From positions 1 through 64,000 of the forward strand of contig JBBIJY010000011.1 of NCBI GenBank assembly GCA_037445735.1: a stretch of 64,000 nt of DNA, in the 5' to 3' direction. Made by a program: the position numbers and the translations under genes. The notes under the pieces are model-generated. The model had not been told where the DNA came from. It worked only from the letters and a program-made list of their open reading frames with translations, and did not search any database. This document shows positions 45,748 through 55,458 of the stretch, one piece after another; the first letter of the stretch is position 1, and the number at the start of each line of letters is the position of its first letter. The DNA comes from Armatimonadota bacterium (GTDB taxonomy: Bacteria > Armatimonadota > Fimbriimonadia > Fimbriimonadales > GBS-DC).

Positions 45748-47550
45748 ATGGCACTGACTGGCAATGTGCTGGCAACCCGTTATGAGCTGATTGAGCGACT
45801 GTCGGAGGGGTTGCTGTTCGATGTGTACCGTGCCCGCGATCTGGTTCAGGGGCGGGTGGTCACGGTCAAGCTGGTGCGCTCGCCCTACTTTCAGAACCCG
45901 CGCGTGCGCGAGCGGCTGCAGCAGGTGATTGATGCTCGCCAGCGGGTGCGACATCCCAACCTGATAACGCTCTACAGCCTTGAGGACGAGAGCGGTCAGC
46001 CGTTTCTGGTGGAGGAGTTCGTGCGGGGGCTGGACCTGGCGACGCGCATCCGTCGAACCGCGCCCTTCACCGTGCCGATTGCTGTGGAGATTCTGATTGG
46101 CGTCGTGGAGGGGCTGAACGCGCTCCATCAGGCAGGGCTGATTCATGGCGATCTGCGTCCTGCGAATGTGCTGGTCGGCTCCGAGTGGCATGTGTGGTTG
46201 AACGGTGCGGAGATGCGCGGTGTGTATCAGGCGGACCCGACGCTGGCAGCCGCCCATGAATCGCGCGCCGTCGCCTATAGTGCGCCCGAACTGCTGCGCG
46301 GTGGGGTGCCCGGTGTTGCCAGCGATATATACGCCTGCGGTGTGATGCTCTTTGAGATGCTCGCTGGCGTACCGCCCTTCACCGGCGAGACGCCGCTGCT
46401 GGTTGCCGAAGCGCACCTGAACGAGCCAGTGCCCTCGCTGCGGGCGCGCAACCCGGCGGTGCCCCGCGCGGTGGAGGGCATCGTGACCCGGTGCCTGCAA
46501 AAGGACCCTGAAGCCCGCTATCCGAATGCGCTGGCGCTGCTGAACGATTTGAAGGCGGTGCGGGATGCGCTGCGCTTTGGGCGACCGCTGGGCTGGTCGC
46601 CGATGGAGATGCCGGCTCCTGCGCCTGCGGCAACAGGCGCTGGCAGTTCCGCCCTCAGCTTCGCCGCGAAGCCTGCTCCACCACAGAGCCTTCTTGAGGA
46701 AGAAGAGGAAGAAGACATCCCGGGCTGGCTGCGCACGATGCTGCGTGTGATGCTCGCGCTGGTGGTGCTGGGGCTGATTGTGTTTGGCGCGGCGATGCTG
46801 GCGCTGCGGGTCGCGCCGGAAGACCGCCCCGTGCCCCCGGTGGTGGGCAAAACGCTGCAGGAGACGAACCAGATACTCCGTGAAGCGGGTTTTGAACCCG
46901 AAGTGAAGCAGGAGGGCTACAGCGAGCAGTACCCGACAGGGGTGGTCTACTCCGTCTCGCCGCCCGAGGGACGGCTCATCAGTCGGGGCAGCAAGGTGTA
47001 CCTGTGGGTGAGTAAGGGTTCACGCTTCACGACAGTGCCCGATGTGCGCAACCTGCCCGAATCGCGGGCGCGCGCCGAGCTGGAAAAGGCGGGACTGGCA
47101 GTAATGGACGCCACCGAAGAGCGCACCAGCGCCCAGATACCCTTCGGCTTCGTGATTGGCACCATTCCGCCCGCTGGCTCGCGCATCGATCGCTCCCAGC
47201 CTGTCAAGCTCATCGTGAGCGTCGGACAGGGCGGCACGCCACCCCCAGAAACCGCGCCGCCACCACCCGAACCCGATGAGAACCTGACGACCGAGCCGCC
47301 CGCTCCTGAAACCCAGCAAAACGCCCAGGCACCGCCCGGAACCCGTGAGTTCATCGTCAAGGTCGACCTCCGGGGCCAGCCCGCCCGCACCATCCGAATC
47401 GAGGTGGAGGACGCTGACGGGCAACGCACCGTGATCAACGAGCGCAAGGCGGGCGGTAATCTCTACGAGTTCACCGTGCAGGCGCGCGGCGAGCGCGTGC
47501 GCATCCGAATCTTCGTCGATGAGCAGCTGGTGCAGGAGATCAGCCGATGA
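45748..47550 (+). CDS. PknB/PrkC-like Ser/Thr kinase with PASTA domains, degenerate active site
   Basis: RHPNLI, HGDLRPANVL, YSAPE, SDIYACG; TM; two PASTA repeats (VPPVVG, VPDVRN). Confidence 0.88.
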   Translation: MALTGNVLATRYELIERLSEGLLFDVYRARDLVQGRVVTVKLVRSPYFQNPRVRERLQQVIDARQRVRHPNLITLYSLEDESGQPFLVEEFVRGLDLATRIRRTAPFTVPIAVEILIGVVEGLNALHQAGLIHGDLRPANVLVGSEWHVWLNGAEMRGVYQADPTLAAAHESRAVAYSAPELLRGGVPGVASDIYACGVMLFEMLAGVPPFTGETPLLVAEAHLNEPVPSLRARNPAVPRAVEGIVTRCLQKDPEARYPNALALLNDLKAVRDALRFGRPLGWSPMEMPAPAPAATGAGSSALSFAAKPAPPQSLLEEEEEEDIPGWLRTMLRVMLALVVLGLIVFGAAMLALRVAPEDRPVPPVVGKTLQETNQILREAGFEPEVKQEGYSEQYPTGVVYSVSPPEGRLISRGSKVYLWVSKGSRFTTVPDVRNLPESRARAELEKAGLAVMDATEERTSAQIPFGFVIGTIPPAGSRIDRSQPVKLIVSVGQGGTPPPETAPPPPEPDENLTTEPPAPETQQNAQAPPGTREFIVKVDLRGQPARTIRIEVEDADGQRTVINERKAGGNLYEFTVQARGERVRIRIFVDEQLVQEISR

Positions 47551-48224
47551 GTCGGGAAGGGGTCAAAATCGCGCCGTCGATTCTGTCCGCCGATTTCGGG
47601 CGGATGCGCGAGGCTGTCGAGGCGCTCACCGCCGCAGGGAGCGACTGGATCCACTTCGATGTGATGGACGGGCACTTTGTGCCGAACCTCACCTTTGGTC
47701 CGCCGATGATTGCCGCGTTGCGTCCCCATTCGCCCCTGCCGTTCGATGTGCATCTGATGGTGGAGCGCCCGTGGGAGCTGCTGCCTGTGTATGTGGAGGC
47801 GGGGGCGAACCATATCACGGTGCATGTGGAGGCGTGCCCGCACCTGCATCGCGTGGTGCAGCAGATCAGGGGCTACGGGCTGGCGGCGGGCGTCGCGCTC
47901 AACCCGCACACCCCGTTGGAGATGGTGCTTTCCATCCTGCCAGAGCTGGATATTCTGCTGATTATGACGGTCAATCCGGGCTTTGGCGGGCAGGAATTTA
48001 TTGAGCGGATGCTGCCGAAGGTGGCGCGGGCGGCGGAGGTGATTGAGCGTGAGGCGCCGCATGTCTATCTGGCGGTGGACGGCGGTGTGTCGCCCGCGAA
48101 CGCGCGCCCGCTGGTGGAGGCAGGGGCGCGCGTGCTGGTGGCAGGCGCCAGCGTGTTCAATGCGCCCAGCATTCAGGCGGGCGTCGACGCGCTGCGACTC
48201 GCCGCCCTGAGCGAAACAACATGA
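47547..48224 (+). CDS. rpe: Ribulose-phosphate 3-epimerase
   Basis: IAPSILSADF, HFDVMDGHFVPN, MTVNPGFGGQ, VDGG. Confidence 0.96.
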   Translation: MSREGVKIAPSILSADFGRMREAVEALTAAGSDWIHFDVMDGHFVPNLTFGPPMIAALRPHSPLPFDVHLMVERPWELLPVYVEAGANHITVHVEACPHLHRVVQQIRGYGLAAGVALNPHTPLEMVLSILPELDILLIMTVNPGFGGQEFIERMLPKVARAAEVIEREAPHVYLAVDGGVSPANARPLVEAGARVLVAGASVFNAPSIQAGVDALRLAALSETT

Positions 48225-48586
48225 GAAAACTGTCTTATCGCGCATGGACAACGATTCTGTTCGGCACGCTGATCGCGATGATCCCTGTGGCGGTGCTGCT
48301 GATGCGGTCGGTGCCCGCGGAGGGTGAGGAGGCGAAGCGGATGTGGCTGCGACTCGCAGGTGCCTACCTGCTGATCCTGCTGGGGCTGCTGGTCGCGCTG
48401 GCGTGGGTCGTGCTGCAGGATATTCGCCAGTCGCTGGAGCGGTTCCGCGCCGCGCACCGACGCGCCTTCGAGGAGATGACCGAGCAGATTCGCGAGGACT
48501 ATCGCCGCCGTCAGCAGCGCATGGCGAACGGGCACCCCGAACCCGGCTCCGCCGATAAGCAGGAGCCGGGCAACAGCTCGAATTGA
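48221..48586 (+). CDS. Hypothetical two-TM protein
   Basis: Two hydrophobic helices plus a coiled coil; fills the gap between rpe and ribD. Confidence 0.7.
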   Translation: MRKLSYRAWTTILFGTLIAMIPVAVLLMRSVPAEGEEAKRMWLRLAGAYLLILLGLLVALAWVVLQDIRQSLERFRAAHRRAFEEMTEQIREDYRRRQQRMANGHPEPGSADKQEPGNSSN

Positions 48587-48588
48587 AA

Positions 48589-49728
48589 ATGGCGCTGAAC
48601 GATGCCGACTGGGGCTGGATGCGTCGGGCGGTTCAGCTGGCGCGACGGGGCTACCCCGCGCCGAACCCCCATGTGGGCGCGGTCGTGGTGGCGAACGGCG
48701 AGCGCGTCGGCGAGGGCTATCATCCCTACGCGGGCGCACCCCACGCCGAAACCTTCGCGCTCCAGCAGGCGGGCACGCGCGCCCGCAACGCCACGCTCTA
48801 TGTGACGCTGGAACCGTGCTGTCATCACGGGCGCACGCCACCCTGCACGCAGGCGATCCTGCAGGCGGGCATTCGGCGCGTGGTGGTCGCCATGCGCGAC
48901 CCGAACCCGAAAGTCGCAGGCAGGGGCATTCACGAGCTGCAAGCCGCAGGCGTGCAGATTGACCTGCTGGACGAGAACGACCCGCGCGCGCAGCCACTGC
49001 TTGCCAGGCTGCAACAGCTGAACCGTGCCTTCCTGCACTTTCACCGCGTGGGGCGACCGCTCATCACGCTCAAAGCCGCGCTCAGCCTCGACGGCAAAAT
49101 CGCCACCCGCACAGGCGATTCAAAATGGCTCACTGGCGAGCGGGCACGCCGATACGCACATCGCCTGCGAGCCGAACATGGCTGCGTGCTGGTGGGGGTC
49201 AACACCGTGCTGAACGATGATCCGCTGCTGACGGCGCGGCTAAAGGGTGTCAAAAACCAGCCGCTGCGTGTGGTGCTGGATTCGCGCCTGCGCACGCCGC
49301 GCACCGCACGCCTGCTTCGAACCGCCGATGCGCCCACGCTGATCTTCTGCATCGCGCCTGAGCCGCCCCATGCCGACGCCTATCGCGAGCGGGGCGTGCA
49401 GGTGGTTGCCTTACCGCCCGATGCGAGCGGGCGCGTGCCCGTGCCCCGCGTGGTGGATTACCTCGCCCGGCAGGGCGTGATTGGCGTGCTGGTGGAAGGC
49501 GGCGGCGAGGTCATCGCCTCATTCCTCAACGCGGGGCTGGCAGACCGAATCGCCTTCTTCTACGCGCCGATCCTGGTGGGCGGACGCAATGCGCCCACCG
49601 CGATTGAAGGAGAAGGCATCGCCCAGATCGCGCACGCCGTGCGCCTCACACGCATCCAGCGCAGGCGACTGGGCGACGACCTGCTCATCGAGGGCGAGCT
49701 GTGCCCCAATCAGAAGCTCAGCCCGTAG
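48589..49728 (+). CDS. ribD: Riboflavin biosynthesis deaminase/reductase
   Basis: PNPHVG, HAE, TLEPCCHHGRTPPC, SLDGKIA, LVEGG. Confidence 0.96.
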   Translation: MALNDADWGWMRRAVQLARRGYPAPNPHVGAVVVANGERVGEGYHPYAGAPHAETFALQQAGTRARNATLYVTLEPCCHHGRTPPCTQAILQAGIRRVVVAMRDPNPKVAGRGIHELQAAGVQIDLLDENDPRAQPLLARLQQLNRAFLHFHRVGRPLITLKAALSLDGKIATRTGDSKWLTGERARRYAHRLRAEHGCVLVGVNTVLNDDPLLTARLKGVKNQPLRVVLDSRLRTPRTARLLRTADAPTLIFCIAPEPPHADAYRERGVQVVALPPDASGRVPVPRVVDYLARQGVIGVLVEGGGEVIASFLNAGLADRIAFFYAPILVGGRNAPTAIEGEGIAQIAHAVRLTRIQRRRLGDDLLIEGELCPNQKLSP

Positions 49729-50375
49729 GTCACACCAAAGTAGATAGCCTTCGCCTGCACACCGAGCTGCATCCGCAGGGCATTATCATGCACATAGCGC
49801 AGGGCAGCGTTGGTGTCGGTGCCGTTGTACTCCACAATCACGCTGAACCGCCGATCCAGGAAGATTTCTCCGCCACCGATAATCTTGTCACGGAACAGCC
49901 CTGTGCCATAGCCCGCGTGCAGGCGCAGCCCAACCACCTCCTCGTCAGCACGGGACGGCACGCGCACATTAAAGCTCGCGATACCGTACACTGTGTTGTC
50001 GATCATATCGAAGGGGTCAATCGTGCCCAGCCCCAGCTCCAGCCAGTCAAAGTTCTGGGGGACGATGGTCACTTTGGCAGTAGCGATGAGTTCATCTTCA
50101 GCGCCGTCGAAGTCGACCACGGTGCCGCCGATCTCGATACTGTTGAACACGCCCCAGTTGAGCGAGACGGTGCGGACATCCTTGCTGAAGGATGTACCCA
50201 GCTGGAACCGCTCCACGCGCGTGGTGGTGGAAGTGGGCACAGTGATCAGCCCGGTGGAACCGAAGAGGGTGTTCATCCGAATCGCAGGGTTCTCGCCACG
50301 CGGCTCAACCTGAGCCATGACCATTCCCAGAGAACCCATCACCGCAATGCTCCAGATGCTCCTGCTCAGTCGCAT
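49710..50375 (-). CDS. YjbH-like outer-membrane beta-barrel protein
   Basis: Signal peptide, GSTGLITVP motif, alternating beta pattern, C-terminal Phe (YGLSF). Confidence 0.65.
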   Translation of the reverse strand: MRLSRSIWSIAVMGSLGMVMAQVEPRGENPAIRMNTLFGSTGLITVPTSTTTRVERFQLGTSFSKDVRTVSLNWGVFNSIEIGGTVVDFDGAEDELIATAKVTIVPQNFDWLELGLGTIDPFDMIDNTVYGIASFNVRVPSRADEEVVGLRLHAGYGTGLFRDKIIGGGEIFLDRRFSVIVEYNGTDTNAALRYVHDNALRMQLGVQAKAIYFGVTYGLSF

Positions 50376-50423
50376 AGCCACCTCCATGTGTCTGGAAGTA
50401 TACCTGATGGCGAAATCAAGGGG

Positions 50424-50888
50424 CTACGGGCGCAGCTCGCGGCGCAGTTCGCGTTCGATATCGCGCTGGCGGATGGCTTCGCGCTTGTCATATTTGCGTT
50501 TGCCGCGCACCAGCCCGATCTCCAGCTTCGCCCTGCCGTTGCGGAAGTAGAGGCGCAGCGGGACAATCGTGTAGCCCTTCTGCTCGGCTTTACTGCCCAG
50601 CCGCTCGATCTCCCATTTGTGCAGCAGCAGTTTGCGTTTGCGGCGGGGTTCATGATTGAAGCGGGCGGCAGGATCATAGGGCGCGATATGCATGTTATGC
50701 ACCCACATCTCGCCGTTCTCCACGCGGCAATAGGCGTCGGTCAGGCTCACCTTGCCTGCCGCGACCGACTTGACCTCCGAGCCGACCAGCACCAGCCCCG
50801 CTTCGAGGGTATCCTCGATATGGTACTCATGGTAGGCTTTGCGGTTCGTCGCGATGAGTTTGATACCGCCCTCCGATTGCTTCGCCAT
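50424..50888 (-). CDS. smpB: SsrA-binding protein
   Basis: [36 protein letters not shown]. Confidence 0.97.
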   Translation of the reverse strand: MAKQSEGGIKLIATNRKAYHEYHIEDTLEAGLVLVGSEVKSVAAGKVSLTDAYCRVENGEMWVHNMHIAPYDPAARFNHEPRRKRKLLLHKWEIERLGSKAEQKGYTIVPLRLYFRNGRAKLEIGLVRGKRKYDKREAIRQRDIERELRRELRP

Positions 50889-51125
50889 CGAGCCGAAGTG
50901 TACCTGATGGCGCACCGAACCCTGCAAGGAGGTGTAAGAATGCGGGGGCTAACCCCATGGGCATATGGGCGACCGTTTTTACCCTTACCTTCGCCCCGGC
51001 GAAGCAAGCGAGAGGCTTCAATTCCTCTGGTATATTATCTCCCGGCAACGGGTCTGGACAGGGAGCCTCCACCAGACCCTGTTGCTTCCCCGTCAGCGGG
51101 GGCAGGGCGAGGTGTTAACGCGGAG

Positions 51126-52151
51126 ATGGGACGGGTCCGGTTCGCTCTGATGGGGCTGGTGCTGCTTTTAGCGGGCTGTGCGGGCAGGCGACCGATCGAT
51201 CGGCTCACGGCTCAGGCATTGCCCGCCAATAGCGTCGCCTTCACACTGGAGCATCTGACCGCCGACTGCCGGGGTCTGCAGGGTGAGGAACCAGCACAGT
51301 TTATCGTGCGCTGTTCCGATCCGAAGGTTCAGGTGCGGGTTCAGGCGGTCAAGCGGTCGCGCTGCCCACGCCCGCAGAGTGCGCGGCGCAGGCTGAGCGT
51401 GGCGATGGCGATGGATCAGTCGGCGTCACTGTTTGGCACAGGTGGACGGTTCGGCTCCGACCCCGATAAGCAACGCTTCCCTGCCGCCCGACGCTTCATC
51501 GAGGCTCTGCCCGCCGATACCCGCCTGACGCTCTGTTGCTTCGCCGCGCTGAACTCCATGCAATATGGCGACTTTGACCTGCTGGTGCCGATGGGTGAGG
51601 GCAATCGGCAGGCAGCTGTTCGCGCACTGGACTTTCTGGAGCAGCAGGGTCCCAGCATGCATGGCACGCCGCTCTGGAACACACTGATAGCCCAGCTGAA
51701 CACCCTGCAGCGTGAGCCGCCCGACCGCGAGCGGTGGCTGGTCTGCTTCACTGACGGCGCGAACGAGGTGCCCGCCGGGGTTGTCAGTCGCACCGATGCG
51801 GAGGTGGAAGCCGCCGCCCGCCAAACAGGCACACGCCTGTTCTTTGTGTTTCTGGGCGATGAGCAATCGATTCCCGACTATCCGACTGTGCGCGCCACGC
51901 TTCAGCGGTTAGCCGATGCGACCGATGGTGCGCTGGTTGCAGTGCGCGAGGCGCGCGATCTGCAGGCGGCATTTGAGGATGTGATGGGCAGCGCGAACTA
52001 TGTGCCCTGCTACCGAGTGCAGTGCGTGTTGAAGCGTGAGGGCGGCTTTCGGCGTGGTGAAAAGGTTCGCCTGACCGTGCGCGGCGGCGCCGACGGCATC
52101 GAGCGCACCTTCGAACTGACCATCGGGGAGCCGAACGCCCGCCGCCTGTGA
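51126..52151 (+). CDS. VWA-domain lipoprotein
   Basis: Lipobox LAGC; MIDAS DQSAS, GTPL, FTDG. Confidence 0.85.
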   Translation: MGRVRFALMGLVLLLAGCAGRRPIDRLTAQALPANSVAFTLEHLTADCRGLQGEEPAQFIVRCSDPKVQVRVQAVKRSRCPRPQSARRRLSVAMAMDQSASLFGTGGRFGSDPDKQRFPAARRFIEALPADTRLTLCCFAALNSMQYGDFDLLVPMGEGNRQAAVRALDFLEQQGPSMHGTPLWNTLIAQLNTLQREPPDRERWLVCFTDGANEVPAGVVSRTDAEVEAAARQTGTRLFFVFLGDEQSIPDYPTVRATLQRLADATDGALVAVREARDLQAAFEDVMGSANYVPCYRVQCVLKREGGFRRGEKVRLTVRGGADGIERTFELTIGEPNARRL

Positions 52152-52270
52152 GGGGGTAGGCAGGACCAGCTGCTGGGAAGGGCGCGGCGACCGCGCCCGT
52201 ACGGCGTGCTCCTGGGCGGGACGCCCCAGCGACGCAGGGTACACTTGCAACCAGGGCACATGGAGGTGAG

Positions 52271-53359
52271 ATGATGCGTGGAGTGATTATTGCTGGCGGG
52301 TTCGGCACGCGCCTGCGACCGCTGACCCTGCGCCGCCCGAAGCCGCTGATCCCGGTGGCGAACCGCCCCTTTCTGGAGTATCAGGTGGCGCAGTTAAAAG
52401 CCGCAGGCGCCGAAGAGATTGTGTTCGCCACCAACTATCTGGCAGATCGGATTGAGGCGCACTTCGGCGACGGCTCGCGGTTCGGCGTGCGCATGCGCTA
52501 CGCGATGGAGCAGGAGCCGCTGGGCACAGCGGGCGCCATTCGCAACGCCGTCGAGGGGCTGCCGCCGATGCGCTGTATCGTGTTCAACGGCGACATTTTG
52601 ACCGATTTCGACATCGGCGCGATTGTGCGGGCGCATCGGGAATGGGGCGCACAGGCGACGCTCACGCTCTATCGCGTGCAACGCCCGCATCCCTACGGCG
52701 TGATCGAGGTGGCGGACGACGGGCGCGTGCGGGCGTTCCTTGAGCCGAGCGAGGAGCAGAAACGCGCTGCCGACCGCGGTGAGCCGATGGAAGGCACCGA
52801 TTTCATCAACGCGGGCATCTACATTCTGGAGCCGGAGCTGATAGAGCGCATCCCGCTGCGCCCCTGTTCGATTGAACGCGAGTTCTATCCGCAGATTTTG
52901 CGCGAGGGCGTGCCTGTGTACGGCTATGAGGGGCGCGGCTTCTGGCTCGATATCGGGCGCCCGTCGCAATACATGCGGGCGACCCGCGCGCTGCTCAGCG
53001 GTGAGGTTCGCGCCGCGCTGGCGCCGCCGGGCACCCGCACGCCCGACGGCTACTGGCTGATGCACGAGGCGGAGGTGGAACCCGACGCCGGGATCGAGCC
53101 CAGCTGCCATATTGGGGCGTCTGCCCGAATCGAATCGCGCGCGCGGCTCAGCGGCTACACGGTGGTGGGCGCGGGCAGCACCGTCGGCAGCGGCAGCACC
53201 CTGCACGGCTGTATCCTGGGCGCCCATGTGTCCATCGGCGACGGCTGCCACCTCGAAGATTGCATTCTGGACGACGAGGTGGTCATCGAATCGCATGTGC
53301 GCATGCGCGGGGCGGTGCTGGGCGCGGGCAGCCTCGTTCGCGCCTACAGCACGCTCTAA
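52271..53359 (+). CDS. NDP-sugar synthase (mannose-1-phosphate guanylyltransferase-like)
   Basis: AGGFGTRLRPLT..RPKPL, EPLGTAGA, NGD, hexapeptide repeats. Confidence 0.92.
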   Translation: MMRGVIIAGGFGTRLRPLTLRRPKPLIPVANRPFLEYQVAQLKAAGAEEIVFATNYLADRIEAHFGDGSRFGVRMRYAMEQEPLGTAGAIRNAVEGLPPMRCIVFNGDILTDFDIGAIVRAHREWGAQATLTLYRVQRPHPYGVIEVADDGRVRAFLEPSEEQKRAADRGEPMEGTDFINAGIYILEPELIERIPLRPCSIEREFYPQILREGVPVYGYEGRGFWLDIGRPSQYMRATRALLSGEVRAALAPPGTRTPDGYWLMHEAEVEPDAGIEPSCHIGASARIESRARLSGYTVVGAGSTVGSGSTLHGCILGAHVSIGDGCHLEDCILDDEVVIESHVRMRGAVLGAGSLVRAYSTL

Positions 53360-54516
53360 AGCAGCTGCGCCCTGTGCGCCGCCTGCTGAAGGTCGCGGAT
53401 CAAATCATCGGGATGCTCCAGCCCGACATAGAGGCGGAAGAACCAGGGGCGCATGCCCTGTTCATTGGGTTCGCCCTCTGCCCAGCCGATCATGAGGCTC
53501 TCGTGCCCGCCCCAGCTGGGACCAAATCGGAACAGGCGCAGGTGGTCGGTGAAGGTGTAGGCTTGCTCGTCGGTGATGGGAACCGTACGCAGGCTGAACA
53601 GGCTGCCGTAGCCGCGCATCTGGCGCTGAGCCAGCGCGTGCTGGGGATGCGTCGGCAGACCCGGATGGTTCACCTGCGCCACAAACGGCTGCTCGGCGAG
53701 CCAGCGGGCAACCTGCAGACCGCTCTGCTGGAGGCGCTCCATGCGAACGGCGAGCGTGCGCAGGCCGCGAATCAGCAGCCACGCGCTGAACGGCTCCAGT
53801 ATGCTGCCAATCAGCTCGCGCGTGCGGGCGACCGCCTGCAGCCGCTCCGCGCGACCTGCCACCACGCCCGCAATCAGATCGCTGTGCCCGCCCAGATATT
53901 TGCTGGCGCTGTGTAGCACGATATCGATGCCGAGCGCGTGCGGGTTCTGGAAGAGGGGCGTCGCCCAGCTGTTATCGCACAGCGTCAGGATGCCCCGCTC
54001 CCGCGCCCAGCTCGCCACCGCCTGCAAATCCTGCAACTGAAACGAGAGGCTGGTGGGGCTTTCCAGATAGACCAGGCGCGTGTTCGGGCGCCATGCCGCT
54101 TCAAACGCTTGCAGCGCGGTGCCGTCCACAAAGCTGGTCTCGATGCCGAAGCGCATGAGCCACTCAGCGAGCAGCGTGCGCGTGGGCGGATAGACGCTCT
54201 CCACACAGATGACATGCTCGCCCGCCCGCACAAAGGTGAGGATCGCGGCGGAGATGGCTCCCATGCCAGAGGCGAACAGCAGGGCGCGTTCGGTGCCCTC
54301 CAGGGCAGCGATTTTGCGCTCCGCCAGCTCCACCGTCGGGTTCGACACGCGCGAGTAGAAGTAGATGCCCTCCTGCTGGGCGCTGGCGTGGCGCTCGCGC
54401 AGGGTGCGTGCCGTGAAGAGCGAAGTTTGAACCAGTGGGGGCACGACCGCGCCGTAGGGGAACGGCTCCTCCTCGCCCAGATGCTGAATCAGCGTCGCCA
54501 GATGCTTGTCATGCAT
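53356..54516 (-). CDS. Cys/Met metabolism PLP enzyme (cystathionine gamma-synthase/lyase family)
   Basis: YSRVSNPT, ASGMGAI, ESP, DNSWATP, HSASKYLGGHSD. Confidence 0.92.
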   Translation of the reverse strand: MHDKHLATLIQHLGEEEPFPYGAVVPPLVQTSLFTARTLRERHASAQQEGIYFYSRVSNPTVELAERKIAALEGTERALLFASGMGAISAAILTFVRAGEHVICVESVYPPTRTLLAEWLMRFGIETSFVDGTALQAFEAAWRPNTRLVYLESPTSLSFQLQDLQAVASWARERGILTLCDNSWATPLFQNPHALGIDIVLHSASKYLGGHSDLIAGVVAGRAERLQAVARTRELIGSILEPFSAWLLIRGLRTLAVRMERLQQSGLQVARWLAEQPFVAQVNHPGLPTHPQHALAQRQMRGYGSLFSLRTVPITDEQAYTFTDHLRLFRFGPSWGGHESLMIGWAEGEPNEQGMRPWFFRLYVGLEHPDDLIRDLQQAAHRAQLL

Positions 54517-55450
54517 AGCGCGAGTGTACCTGACCGACCAGCACCTGCCAGAAGGTGCGGGCATAGCGGCGGTATCGGGGCACGCGCCCCAGCGTCAGCA
54601 ACACCAGCGCCGAGCCTGTTAGCCAGCGCAGGAGCGCACCGAGCCGATTGAGCCAGGCACACATCAGCCCCGCCCACCAGCCGTGATGCATGCGGAAGAA
54701 CCGCTCCTTACCCCGATTGTAGTACAGCACCATTCGGGCGCGGTCCGGCTCGCCGCTGGCGCCCAGATGGTGAATGAACACGGCATCATGCACATAGAAG
54801 ATTCGCCCGCCGTCCCGCCGCAGCCGATAGCACAGGTCGGTGTCCTCGCAGTAGAGGAAGTAGCCCTCATCGAACAGGGGTGGGCTGCCGTCGGGCTGGC
54901 GACGCAGCAGCATGCATGCGCCCATCACCTGCTCCACCTCGATGGTCGCTTCGAAATCCCATTCGGTGCGCCAGTAGCCGCCGAACAGGCGGGTGCGTGG
55001 GAACAGCGTCGCCAGCCCTGTCTGCTCGCAGAAGACCGCCCACAGGGTCAGCTCGCGGGCGCACGAGGGCTGGATGCGCCCGTCTGGATAGCGCAGTTGA
55101 CCCCCGCAGGCGGACGCTTCGGGATGCGCCTCCATAAACGCCACCAGTCGCTCCAGTGCGCCAGGCGTCGCCCGCACATCGGCGTTCAAAATCAGCAGGT
55201 AGCGTCCCTGCGCCGCCTGCAAGCCCTGATTGCACGCTGCACCGAAGCCCCGATTTTCCGCGTTGGCAATCAGGCGCACCATCGGGAACTCGCGCTGAAC
55301 CATCTCCGCGCTGCCATCAGCCGAGGCGTTATCGACCACAATCAGTTCGCACCGAATGCTCTCGCACTGCAGCGATTGCAGGCATTCACGCAGCAGCTCG
55401 CGCGTGTTGTAGCTCACGATAATGATGGAGAGGTCGGGCACAGGCTCCAT
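54509..55450 (-). CDS. Glycosyltransferase family 2
   Basis: SIIIVSYN, VVDNASADGS, NRGFGAACNQG, LYCEDTDLC. Confidence 0.92.
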   Translation of the reverse strand: MEPVPDLSIIIVSYNTRELLRECLQSLQCESIRCELIVVDNASADGSAEMVQREFPMVRLIANAENRGFGAACNQGLQAAQGRYLLILNADVRATPGALERLVAFMEAHPEASACGGQLRYPDGRIQPSCARELTLWAVFCEQTGLATLFPRTRLFGGYWRTEWDFEATIEVEQVMGACMLLRRQPDGSPPLFDEGYFLYCEDTDLCYRLRRDGGRIFYVHDAVFIHHLGASGEPDRARMVLYYNRGKERFFRMHHGWWAGLMCAWLNRLGALLRWLTGSALVLLTLGRVPRYRRYARTFWQVLVGQVHSRYA

Positions 55451-55458
55451 GCTCGCGT

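Noticed and set aside
45697-46500. 667-aa version of the ATPase
   Set aside because: The extension is antisense to the kinase gene; a -10 box and the domain start support ATG 45696
49701-50939. 816-aa version of the VWA ORF
   Set aside because: The extension is antisense to the barrel gene and smpB; the lipoprotein signal starts at 51126
50944-51074. Call as tmRNA (ssrA)
   Set aside because: Too short, no canonical GGNTTCGAC D-loop region, correctly placed T-arm or tag ORF; kept only as a low-confidence finding
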